Below the pieces are notes generated by a model. The model saw only the letters and a program-made list of their open reading frames with translations, was not told the DNA's origin and did not search any database. Shown here piece by piece: positions 13,893 through 25,538 of a DNA stretch of 64,000 bases. The stretch comes from Calcarisporiella thermophila CBS 279.70. Its lineage: Eukaryota; Fungi; Calcarisporiellomycota. Every line of letters begins with the position of its first letter. Within the stretch, counting starts at the first letter, position 1. The DNA lies in assembly GCF_041956535.1 (NCBI RefSeq), contig NW_027192192.1:1339111-1403110 (forward strand). The letters are read 5' to 3'. Both the position numbers and the translations under genes were made by a program.

Positions 13893-16190
13893 TTAAGAAT
13901 CAGAAGTATTCAATAATATATTTCCTTCCGAAAGAGCAGTTAGGATCTGTAAAATCATATCTGCGGGGACTATCATAACCCGCTCGCTTTGGCCGAATCC
14001 TGACCCCCCCGAGCCAAATCGGCCCCCATGCTCAAGAAACTCTTCATTGCGGCGGATGATTTCTGGTGCTGACGAGAGATCGGCGGGGTCATCTGCAATA
14101 GGGTACCAAAGCTTAATGTCGTCGTCAATTCCACTAGTAGCAAGAATAGGATCGTGGAATGGGTGGGGCTGAATACAATTAACAACGCACTATAGTCATG
14201 GTTCAATATAAAATAGAGTGAATCTTTGACTGTGAAAAGCTAACTGAAGCTTTCAGGACTTACGCTGTCTCCTTGTAATAAGTTCACGAGTTCTCCAGTC
14301 GATTTCCTCCATACAAATATACGCCCATCATCAGATCCTGAAAGAATAAATTCTGAACGAGGCCCATAAAAGTTTGCTTCTTTGATCCTTGTCTTTTCGT
14401 TTCGATGGCCTTTAAATTTGCGTATTACATCCTTTTCCCTTACTTCATCGTGCCATCCAGTTTCACACTCACTCTCGCGCGGGTCCAATTCACCCTCATG
14501 TTCATTTCTGTCCGTTGTGGGGGACTCCTCGGAAGGAAAAGAGGGTTCATTCTCTTGTTCACAGCCCATTGCCATCCAGCGGAGATTGCGCGCTAGTGAA
14601 CCTAGTAAATCAGAGCCACTACGACTTTGTATTTGGGGCGGGGGCGGGGTCTCTATTCGCTGGTCATCATCAACAGAGTGACTTTCGAAGTTGTCTCTTG
14701 TCTTCTCAGAGGTGTCATCATTATTTGCATATTCATTGGGTGCAATAGCAAGAGAAGGCGTGTCATTTTCATTTCGAGATATTTTAGGACGTGACTTTGA
14801 GGCAAATGTTGTGGAATGCTGCTGTTTTCCATTGCCTGAAAAAGGTCGTATTAGAAATAGTTCTCCCCCCGAATAGCTCACTAAAAGGTCATCTCCGCCA
14901 TTTGGATCATAGCGTAAGCATGTAATTCGACGGGAGATTGGGGGAGGGGTTCGACGGCGCTTTACTTGGCGATTTCCTAATCGCTGAGCTGCGTGTCGCC
15001 GATTCGATGAAGCTTCTGATTCTTCCGAGGCAGAATTTCGTGCTCTCCCTCCAATACTTCTCGCTTCCTCGTCTTCTTCAGGCTCCCCAGTAGTATCATG
15101 TTCACCTTGTTCATCGTGCGTCTGGTGTGGTTGTATATGAGCGGGGACGAAGGTATACCAAGGCGTTGCAGCTTTAACATATCGACGGTCGTATATACGA
15201 ACACGATCGTCTGCACATGCAGTAGCAAGATGTAAAGGGTTATCGGCCCGAAGAGATAAAGAGGTTATGCCACGATCATATCGGGATACAAATCGCAAGA
15301 AAGAAATGGGCGACGAAGGGCTTTCACTTCCAGCTCCTTCTCCACCTCCACCTGGAGATTCCTGCTCATCAACTCCTCCTCTCCGAGGAGAGTTCTGACT
15401 CCGACGCCCACGATCAGAGGACTGTCCGCGAGAAGGAAGCTCGCGCATATCAATGAATGTGTGTCGTCGACAGCCCTTTTCGCAACAACAGCTGTTGCGT
15501 ATTCGTAAATCGTACATGTTGACTGTGCCGTCATCAGAGCAATCAAAAAATATATGCGGATCATTAGGATCTGGCAAGACCTGAAAAGTTTAAATGTCGG
15601 ATTTAGTTTGATAAGGCTAATTTTCGGAGCATCAAAAATCTCGAGTATACCTCATATGTGATATCAGTGTGGCAACGGAATGGTGGAAGCGGAGACCAGG
15701 ATGGATCATTCACGTATGCATTCAGATCAGTGAACCGCGTAATTCCGTCCGCGGAACACGAAACGATGTGTGAAGAGTTGGTGTGTGGGAGAAATTGCAC
15801 TGAGAAGATATTAATGATATGACCTGAATTTATCGAGTGAATCAATGGATTTTCTGGATTTTTGACGGGCGACCAGATATTAATATGGCAATCGTCTAAA
15901 AAAAGGGATTAAATACAGTATGAAATATCTGTTAGTAGATACAATAAAATAACAACACATTTCATACCTGATCCTGACACAATAAGCTCTCCAGTGTCAT
16001 TCCAATGTATAGTGTTAACGCAACCATTGTGCCCTTTTAGATTTTGCTGTAAACTCCATCGCGATGGAAAATATTCGTTGCCGGAAAATCCAAACTTTTG
16101 GTGCCATGTCACATCAGGCAGGAGTCCTCTTCTGCCCAACGAATGAACAATATGGGATCGGTGGCCTTTGTTCCTTAAGTTTGGAAGCAT
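13893..16190 (-). CDS. DCAF-type WD40 protein (DCAF6/WDTC1/DCAF8-like CUL4-DDB1 receptor)
   Basis: LKGHNGCVNTIHWNDTGELIVSGS, GHIINIFSVQF, YDLR/YDRR (WDxR-type), FKGHRNEKTRIKEANFYG...SGSDDG. Last exon reads VVNCIQPHP...LATSGIDDDIKLW and stops at 13893. Confidence 0.88.
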
Positions 16191-16465
16191 TCCCTCAAAT
16201 TATTGAATAAACTCGGAATTGAAATGATTTGCCGGAGATGGTAATCTCCAGGAAAAAGAATATGAAGCTATAACAAGTTATACTTGGGCAAGAAGTCGAG
16301 TAACGGTAATTTTAACAGACTGCATTTGACTACTTGGAGAAAAGTTTCCAACGGCAAGGCGGCAACGAGACGGAGTCCAAATACGTCACAAGTATGACTG
16401 CGTATTTTCTTAGAGGAGCCTATTTAGTAGGATCGATTTAACACACAAATGTTCCCTCGTAGATC

Positions 16466-18411
16466 ATGTCGGCCAAGTCAGCAAGAATCGGCTTAAATAA
16501 AAAAGAAATAGAGGCTCGTGTATCTCTGTTAAAGTCTAGCAAAGAACTCAGTTCATTACATCAGGAGCTTGTTCAGTCAAAACACATTACAGAAGATGAA
16601 TTTTGGAATAGTCCAACGGTTAAGAAGATAAGACAGGTGAATGTAATCTATATTGGATTATATGAACAGCAATCAACCTATATCACACAAATAGCGATTA
16701 CGAAATGAAGAACAGCAAAAGCAAACCAAAGGGAAATCTTCTGCGTGGGTGGATTTGCGACCTGGAACTGAGGAAGGAGGAAAAGACGTGAAATATACCC
16801 TTACACCACAAATCATTAATGATATTTTTGTGCAATATCCCTCAGTGAAAAGGGCATATGATCGTCACGTACCTGATCAAGTAAGAATATCATTCACTTG
16901 ATATTAGTGGCTAAACGCGAGGGTTCTTGCTAATGGTTTTATTTAGTTATCCGAGGTCGATTTTTGGAAACGATTTCTTGTCTCACAATTTTTCCACCGT
17001 AGTCGAACAGGCGCGCGTTCTTCTGAACAAAAGGATGATATTTTTGATAAATGCCTTGAAGAAGAGGATGAAGGTTGTATTTTAATTTCGAGTGTTTTGT
17101 TGTATGTGAAGTTCAATAGATATATTTCTACAAAATATAGAGGCTCTGTCCGCACCAAAAGGCATGAAAATAGACCATATCAGAAGGACAATTGATTTGA
17201 GTGCGACGGAAGAGGATCATATCGTAGTGCGTATATCATGCTCAATTTTTTCAATCTTTTTCGACATACTAATCATGCTGGCCTTTTAGACTGGTAACCA
17301 AAAGGATTTCACTATGGTGCCAGGCAAAGTAACGCAATCATTATCGTTGATCCGGCGATTCAATAGACATGCTATACAAGTACTAGATGCCACTGGGTAT
17401 TTTTAGCTTTTTTATTTGCACCTGTATTGGAACATTCATTGCTCTTTGCTTATAATTTGTATAGAAAGAAGCAAGGCCAAGAAGCTAACAAGGAGAATTC
17501 AGATAGCATGGTTGGCAATATTTCAACTTAAAAAACCCACAAATACGCCGTGAATCTTATATTTTCATTTTTAGGCGATTGATGACGAAATTATACTAGA
17601 AGACTTAAAAGAAGCAGAGCCTCCTGCCAAAGTAGTTTTGGATATCCAGGATCAGCGGAGGTATTTCGAGAGTCAAAGTGGGGCGCAACTAGAAAACAAA
17701 ACGGAGGTGAATCTTCTTCTGCTTTATTTTTTTTTTGCCGATGTTAATCTAGATATGACATAGGATCCTATTGCTGTATTTAATGAATATCGAGATTCAT
17801 TTGCTACTTGGCAGCCTGATCTCACCAAAGTAAACTACCAATAACTCGGCAATTATTTTGATAGTGTACTAATTCTTTTCCATAGCAAACAATGGATAAC
17901 AAAACTGCGCGTCAGGTGATGGATAAGCTAAACTCAGTCATAAAAGCGCAGGTTGAGAATAGAACGAGAGAGAAACAAACAGGTAATATCGATTTTATAG
18001 GAGCTTTCTGAAATTTAGCTGTGAGTTATAGTTTGTATCTCTCGACTACAGATAATAGGATATCTCCGTCAATATTACAGCGAATTCTTTCATACCAAGC
18101 TTCTACAAATGAAATCCTTCGACATTTTTGGGCCTCATTAGAAATGGATAGGAGTGGAAAAAATGCCCGCATGGTGGAGGCACTTCGAAAGAGCCAGGAA
18201 AAGATGAATGAGCTGCTCATTGCTGCCAATGCTGAAGGCGCTGATTTGGATCGGATTAAAACAGTAGGTTTCTCGAATTTTGTCTACCGAGCATGGACCA
18301 ACTTTTTATTTTGTAAATGTTTTTCAGATTATGCAGCCATTGAATGTAGCAGTGAATAAGGCGTTAGAAACAGCCGCTACAAGAGCAGCAAAAAAGCGAA
18401 CTGTTAAATGA
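16466..18411 (+). CDS. TFB1: TFIIH p62 subunit (two BSD domains), multi-exon, apparently without the N-terminal PH domain
   Basis: BSD1 LSSLHQELVQSKHITEDEFW; BSD2 LTPQIINDIFVQYPSVKRAYDRHVPDQLSEVDFWKRFLVSQFFHR; then DDIFDKC, IDLSATEEDH, LIRRFNRHA and EILRHFWAS. Confidence 0.9.
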
Positions 18412-18590
18412 TAATGGCGGGAAAGCATTTCGACCGCTTCGACTATTATACACCTTTCAGGATAAGCTGGATAGCTTCCACGATTCTTTCTAAATTAAAA
18501 TATAGCTGCCAGGTTCGAACTCTTAATGCCGATTATGTATATAAAATTTATTGCTGCTTAGTCCTGATAAGGCTTGTCATATTACAAAAA

Positions 18591-19092
18591 TTAATGTTTT
18601 GTTGTTCTCATGCCCTGTTGTTGCTGTGCTGCTGCTTCTTTTCTTGCTGCATCTTGAAGAAGTGTTGTATCTACTGCTGCGGCAGGTATATGAACGTATC
18701 GTACGACCGATCCTCGAATGAAGCAGCTTTTGACTGACATCTAATGAAAAGTAAATATTTATTAATCAGTCAAATTCAGAGAGTAACGAGACAGTCCATG
18801 GTCTTTGAGCATAGGCTATTAAATAATACAATACCATTTGTGGGAATCTCTCCTCGTCTACTGCGCGTACATTATCCAATTTAAAACTTAGATACTGATC
18901 GACCGAAACCAGTTTTCCTACAATGGAAAGCTCGTTCTTTAATTCTATGGTTACCTCTTGGCCAATTAATGTCTTGAAGAAGGAATAAAAGAGCTAACAA
19001 AATTATACGGACCATATTTAGAGTTTAAGATCTTCAAACATTGCAGACACTAGAATTTAAAGAATAGCAAAAGCTTAAAACTACTTTACCAT
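18591..19092 (-). CDS. LSM2: U6 snRNA-associated Sm-like protein LSm2, 103 aa, 3 exons (ATG-only 19090-19092; 18835-18993; 18591-18740)
   Basis: M|LFYSFFKTLIGQEVTIELKNELSIVGKLVSVDQYLSFKLDNVRAVDEERFPQM|MSVKSCFIRGSVVRYVHIPAAAVDTTLLQDAARKEA... Not in the ORF track. Confidence 0.95.
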
Positions 19093-19255
19093 TTTATATT
19101 ATTATATAGGCACGGTTGCCAGTGATGTTGGGAGCACCAACTACAAATAGACAGGTCTTACTATTTTAGAGGAGAGTAAGAGAGAAAGCTAAGCCACACT
19201 TCACAGCTTCAATAACACCAGCACGATCAATTCTTTTTTACGTGTTCTCTATACG

Positions 19256-21468
19256 ATGTCATCCTCAGATCATACCAAGCTCTTGGTTGGCCCGCGGGGT
19301 GCAGAACATATTCGTACAGCCCTGTCACGCGAACGGCCTGATGCTGCAATTGCTCGTATTCAGCAGGAGCATGGTCTCACTGAGCCTTCAATCAAAGCTG
19401 CATATCCTCTTTTTGACTTTGAACAGTATGCTCGGAGAGATATGCATAATCGTGCTCTTGCTGCCCTAAGAACACAACTTATACAGACGATTAAAGATAA
19501 AGAACTTGATGAAGAAGAGTAAGCATAGAGAAGAAATTTGGAAACGAACTTATTACTTATTTTATTTTCCCAATATGTAAGATTTGACAGCCTGCTCGAT
19601 AAAACGCTAGAATACATTAACATACCGCAGCTAATGTCCATACCACTAGCTCTCCTTGAAAAACATCCTGAAAGACCGACCAATGAAATGCTGGAAAGAA
19701 TTAAAGAAAGTAGCAGCGATTTCCAGGTAAATATACTCATTTTGCTTCCATATGCGAATCAGTCATGTTTATTTTTTTTTTCTATTTGATAGCTTTTTCC
19801 TTGGGTCATCAAAAGACGAATTTGGAAAGCGGACAAGAAACTTTTCAAGCAGCATATGATGGAGGCACTATCTTGCTACCACAGAGATGAAGAGTTGCAG
19901 AGGATTTCGCGGTGTATGCAACCAACAGATCCAGTCAAAGATATTAAATTTCGGTATTTACATTATTTACTAAGTTTATTTTTGTTTATATATACTAATA
20001 TTTATTACATATTTTTAGGCGGAATCATCCAATTGTGAAGACACTCTGTGATATTCTTGGTCCAGATCATACACTCTATGACATGTTTTTAGAATTTCTG
20101 CGGGAGGTGTTTGAAAGCACACCTTATCCAAGTATTTCGACACTCCGCCTTGATTTATTAATGGCATTGCACGATGCCGATGTTGCTGAAGTAAGCTTGT
20201 ATGGGGAAAATAGTTGCTAGAATACATTATATTTATTCAATTTTCCTGATACAGATATATACAAACGATAACATTCATCAACTAGCGTGGTCCCTAGACG
20301 CTTGTGTGCGAACACAGTCTCTTGATGCAACGCGAATTAGCAATATTAGTGATTTTTTGAATCCAGATCGCAATCGAGACCTTCGAGAAAATCCGCCAGT
20401 TATTAATCAGTAATATAGGAAAAATAACCTATTTTTTATCTTTTTGGTAACTATTCCACTATATACCCTAGGGATATTGCAATAATTTTGCGTGATCCGT
20501 TTACTTGCAATTTATTCGCTTCGTATGTGGTCCAACAACTTCGTGTATGCTTTAAGAACGAGATAGATCCGAAGGTAACTATTATCAATACGCATATATT
20601 TGCGAAGCATAAATATTGGAATTCAAATAGAGTGATCGTGGCATTCGATGGGCCATATCCATGCTCAATTATGGATGCAATGCTGACCAAGTCAACGAAA
20701 GAGAAGCTTACAAAGTCCCAAAAGCAAAAGAGAACAAATTCCTCCAAGAATCGATGATTGGTCTAATGATGGAGGAGGATCTCGATACCTCAACCGTGAC
20801 TGCAGAGGAGCTTGCTGCTGAAGAACGTGACGAAATAGAGGAAAGATTGCGTAAAAGTGAGATAGCAAGGAAAATTTTCACGATATATCTCCTTGATCGT
20901 CTAGAGCACGGTGATGCTGCTTCACTTCAGCGTTGTCTTCCGCTAATTCTGCATACTTTGCCTGAATCTGAGGAAGTTATGTATACACATACTTATGAGA
21001 GTTTCTTTCAAACTTTTGTTCAATCGATAATTGCACGCCATATGCCTACTATGCTCATGCGACCTCAGATGCGGAGAGTAGTGATGGACATCTTTTTGGT
21101 CCAAGCGGTGCGATGGAGTGCTCTGGTGCACGAACTGGTTGTAGAAATGCTGGTAGAATGTTACAACCATACACAAGTAGGAGATGCACTTGAGTACGTG
21201 GAAACTTGGGCAGAGCTAGTTTGTAGTAGCGGTGTTAAAGATGATTCAGAGGTAACGACTGTTTATTGAATGGGTTGACGCAGCTAGATCGCATTTTATT
21301 TATAATTGATTTTTTTATCATGAATAGCGCACATCACGAATTGTAGAATTATACGGCCGCTTAATTCAACGCTCTATGCAAACGCTCGGCGGCCGGTACA
21401 AACTATCACCCGGCAATATCCCTAGCGTGATGAATCTTTTAACACGGAGTAGTACCGAAAATTCTTGA
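19256..21468 (+). CDS. NELFB: Negative elongation factor B (COBRA1) homolog, multi-exon
   Basis: Colinear with human NELF-B motifs as I recall them: AIARIQQEHG, AAYPLFD, LLDKTLEYINIPQL, KRRIWKADKKLF, LYDMFLEFLR, STLRLDLLMALHD, HQLAWSLDACVR, GDIAIILRDPF. Confidence 0.88.
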
Positions 21469-22081
21469 AAGTATTTAGTTTTCAAACCACTTGTAAGAAT
21501 GCCCGGTCTAGACTTATCTTTCCTCCACCTCTGTAAATAATGCAATTGATTTTCGCGTATTAGAGCAAAGAATTTAAAAATTTCTATTTCTCTTGGATTC
21601 AAATTTTATCCAATCAATAAAACTTTTATCTTCTCTAACTTAACCAAGCCTTTCTTCCGTTTCACATACAACATTCGAACTCACCTGTACACATTATAGA
21701 GAACATCTAAACTGTTAGAGTTCATCGCGTGGTGTGAATGACCTCTTTATTGCTCTCTTGAATTATTCAATCAGATAAGAGGGTAAGTCAATTGCGATTA
21801 TACCACACTTGATCGTATTCGATTTAAATTGAAATTATTCGCAGTTTTTCCGTTTAGCCCGTTACTTTTCAAACAGCCTAACCCTGGATAACTGCACGAC
21901 CGAAATTTCTACCTAACTGCATGTATTGTTTCTCGGCATTGCTTACGTCTAATTCTATTTCAGCGAAGCTGGACAATCAACACAAATCCTAAAAGGCAGA
22001 TTCTTGATCCTAACTGTACAACAAAGAAAGCGATAGCAAGTGATATCTGCTAGAATCTGAGAGCGCGACAACGTGCTCATA

Positions 22082-25000
22082 ATGGAGGAGATCCAGAGCC
22101 TGCTAGCGCAGGCTACGGATAATTTAGCATCCGGAGATGTCAAGGTTACCAAGACTTCAATTATTCTAACAGCATGATTGTAAGCTTAATCTACCCTCTT
22201 CTTGAATTTAGAATGCATATTTCAATTATCTCGATGCGATGGATCTGATATCGCAGGAGATGCGTCGAGTTAAATTCGTGCAACAAAGTAATTTATTTCC
22301 TTGACTCCTTTGTAATTTTCACCACAGCATCTTTAACAACTTTGTCGACTTCTAATATTTATCATAGCCATCGTGCTAAAGCCTGCGAATTTACAGTCCA
22401 TGTTCAACCACGCACATACTTGCATAGCGGGTGTTGAATCAATTTTTAATAGACACCAAAATGCTGCATCATCTTTCTCCACTTCCGGAAGACATACTCC
22501 CACCCCCGTTGGGCTCTCTATACAACCACCAACTCCATTTGCTGAACCAGAAGCTTCTCATGAACAGCACATTGATGACAGTGAGAATAAAGGGACTAAC
22601 AAAGTGCCGACAAGAACAACTTCACCAGTTGGAGCTTCTAAAACTCCACCTCCTTTACCACCTAAACCCGCTCGCAAACTAGTCGATGGTGCCTCGACAC
22701 GACCTGGTTCGCCTGTCGCACGCCCACCGATACCGCCAAAACCTTTTCGAAAGCCTACACTGAAGATTGACCCACATCTCGCGCCAACTTCGGCTCCAAC
22801 TTCTCCTGCTAATGCCGGGCAAGCTTCGATAGCAATCAAGGCATCCTCTTCTGAAGAATCCCGCGCCGTTGACGAGGATAGCGATGAGATCAACGAGGAG
22901 ATTATTGCCGAATCAAGTAGTTTTATTTAGATTTTCAATTTATAATTGAAGCACTACTGATGTTCAATATTCCAAAATCATAGCTCCTTACGCGCTACGA
23001 CGAACTTCGGATGCAATGATTGGCAGAAGAGAATCTTCTACCAGCATTATTTCACCACCCTCAAGACCGCTTACTATCGCAGTCAGTCCATTAAGCGACT
23101 CTTCTCCAACCCTTGCTTCCACTCGTTCTGACCGTTTTTCCTTCCTCTCGCAACAAACTCTTGTCAATATCATTCCCGAGGGTAGTATTGATCCTACGGA
23201 TCTTGTTCCTGCTCAAACTAGTACAGGAGATACTCTTGCTCCTCCGTCATCACCACATGATCGAACTGATCATGTACCACTAATCCCGATATCGCCATTG
23301 TTGATCATGCACCGTAGCTTACAAACGAAACTTGAGATGATCGAGGCAAAATTAACAGAATATCGAAATTTGAAGAGGCAGCGTTCGCTTCCAGGGGGCG
23401 CAACTGAAAAAGCTGATGAAGACCTCGACGATGCTATAGCAAAGCACACCATATTGGTTGCGAACACCAAGCAGACACTCACAAAACTTCGTTCAATTCA
23501 CATGACAGCATCGACAGTTCCTTCGATCATACAATTTCAGGCCCATCTTGTTGCATATCAGTTGACATTGATCGAGCAAGCAATTTTCCTTGAAATTCCG
23601 CCCATTGCTCTTCTTGAACATTCACCCAAGCGCCCGAACAGGCAAATTACCGCCTCCACCGACTTCTTCAACTATTTGACGCGGATGATAGAGCATATGA
23701 TATTGGTTCAGCAAGAAGCTTCGTCTCGCGTGCAAGTAATCCATCACTGGGTGAAAGTGGCTGTGAAATGCCATGAACTACTCAATTTCCAGACACTAAA
23801 GGGGATCCTATCAGCTCTGAGCACCCCTCCTATACGACGTCTTAAACGCACGTGGGCATACATTCCGAAAAAGAGCATGTCACGACTTGAAACGCTGAAC
23901 GAGCTGATGAGCGAGGATCAGAACTATAGGAGGTACCGTGAGACTATAGGCACAACATTGAATAGCTCGATAAATAGCAATAGCAACGGATATGATCACC
24001 TGTCGGTATATAGTGGGAATAAAGAAGGGCCACGCAGACCAACTGTACCTTTCTTAGGAACATTCATAATGGATATAACATACTTATTAGCCGCAGTGAA
24101 ATCCTCGAATTCGTCCGGTCCAACTTCTCCATCAACGTTATTAGAATCCGACCCACGAATACAAGAGCTTATCAACAAACTTCAGTACTTCCAGAGTGGA
24201 CCCAAATATCCTCCCGTTCCTCCATCCTCCTATATCAAAGCTAACACCAAGGCGCACCACTTCCGGACTCCATCAATTTCATTGCGCTCAAGCAAATCCA
24301 GTACTAATCGAAATGGATATGATGATGACGTGGAAGGAATTGAAGGGCAACAGCAGCTTATCACACATTATTTATTGACCCGAGCATGGGTTCATGAACA
24401 ACTGGTGGACGAACTCTCATTGCTACGAGAACCACCAAAACAGAAATCGAATAATCAAAGTGGAGCTAGCCCATCACGGAGTAGCGGTGGAGCAGCAAGT
24501 GCAACGTTCAGCACAAGTAGTATTGTTAGTACACCAACAAGATCCTCTTTCTATCGTGAGAGCACAGGAAGTATTGGTGCAACCGGAGGGTACTCGACAA
24601 GCGAAGGAGGGGGAAGCAGTCGACCGACAAGTATGGAAGAAAGCACTTTCTCTGCCTATGATGACGCACCTGCTTCTATCTCTTCCACAGTATCATCTGC
24701 TTCAACCCTTTCATCAATGCGTCCACGGGCAAGCAGCGTTACTACGGGTGATTCTCAACCTCATATACTGGAAAAGAAAAGAAGTGGGTTGGGACGTGTT
24801 TTTGCAAGAAGTTTTAACCTAGACAAGGATAAAGAGAAAGAGCGAGAGCAAATGCGTTATTCTATTCCGTCGACGCAGGGCCAACCCTCCGGGGCTGAGA
24901 AGAGTAAGAACGACTATTTGAACCCAATATCAGACCACACAGAGGATGGGAGGACAGGATTGAATTCACCTGTGCCTGTAAAGCCGAGTTTACCTCCGCG

Positions 25001-25106
25001 ACAAAATCTCCAACTGCAAGAAGATGGTGGGGCCGACTCGACGGAGGATATCCGCATGGCGATGGCTCGAAGATTCGCTAATGAGGTGATTTCTCGTAAT
25101 AGCTAG
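22082..25106 (+). CDS. CDC25-domain Ras-family GEF without a REM domain; MIT-like N-terminus and Pro-rich linker
   Basis: VAYQLTLIEQAIFLEIPP, WVKVAVKCHELLNFQTLKGILSALSTPPIRRLKRTW, LMSEDQNYRRYRE, PTVPFLGTFIMDITY. Upstream exons start MEEIQSLLAQATDNLASGDVK|NAYFNYLDAMD. Confidence 0.88.
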
Positions 25107-25538
25107 ATGGAATATTTTTTTTTATTTGGATATAGTTAAAATGTAATAACGCTTTTTGAAGCCCCTCCTTTTTATTATACCTTTTTTTTTTTTCGTGTAC
25201 TTTATCTAACTGACAATGTTATTTTCCAGTTGTCAATTTTTTCCCTCTATCGACAATTAAGTACACAATTATATATTTACTTTATATATTTGCTAGTATC
25301 CCCTTTGTTTACTTTTCGATTTTTCTCATCTTCTATACTCTCTTTTTGTAAATATATTTCTTTCCGCTTTAACCTATGGGAAAAGTATACATTTGCTAAG
25401 TAGACTAAATTATCTTGGATATATTGAGGAAAAAGTACAAGTGGAATGGAAATTATATTTCAAGGACCACCGTCTTTCTACCGGTCAAGAGAAATATTAC
25501 AAAAAAAAAAATGAAGGAAAATCAGAACATGAATAACT

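Noticed and set aside
18408-18737. 109-aa Cys-rich + strand ORF resembling a metallothionein or toxin
   Set aside because: The TGC/TGT runs are the antisense of GCA/CAA codons in LSM2 exon 3.
16466-21468. Resemblance to the vertebrate MHC region (LSM2 near a NELF subunit and a TFIIH subunit)
   Set aside because: The vertebrate neighbours are NELF-E and p52, which are not homologous to NELF-B and p62; treated as coincidence.
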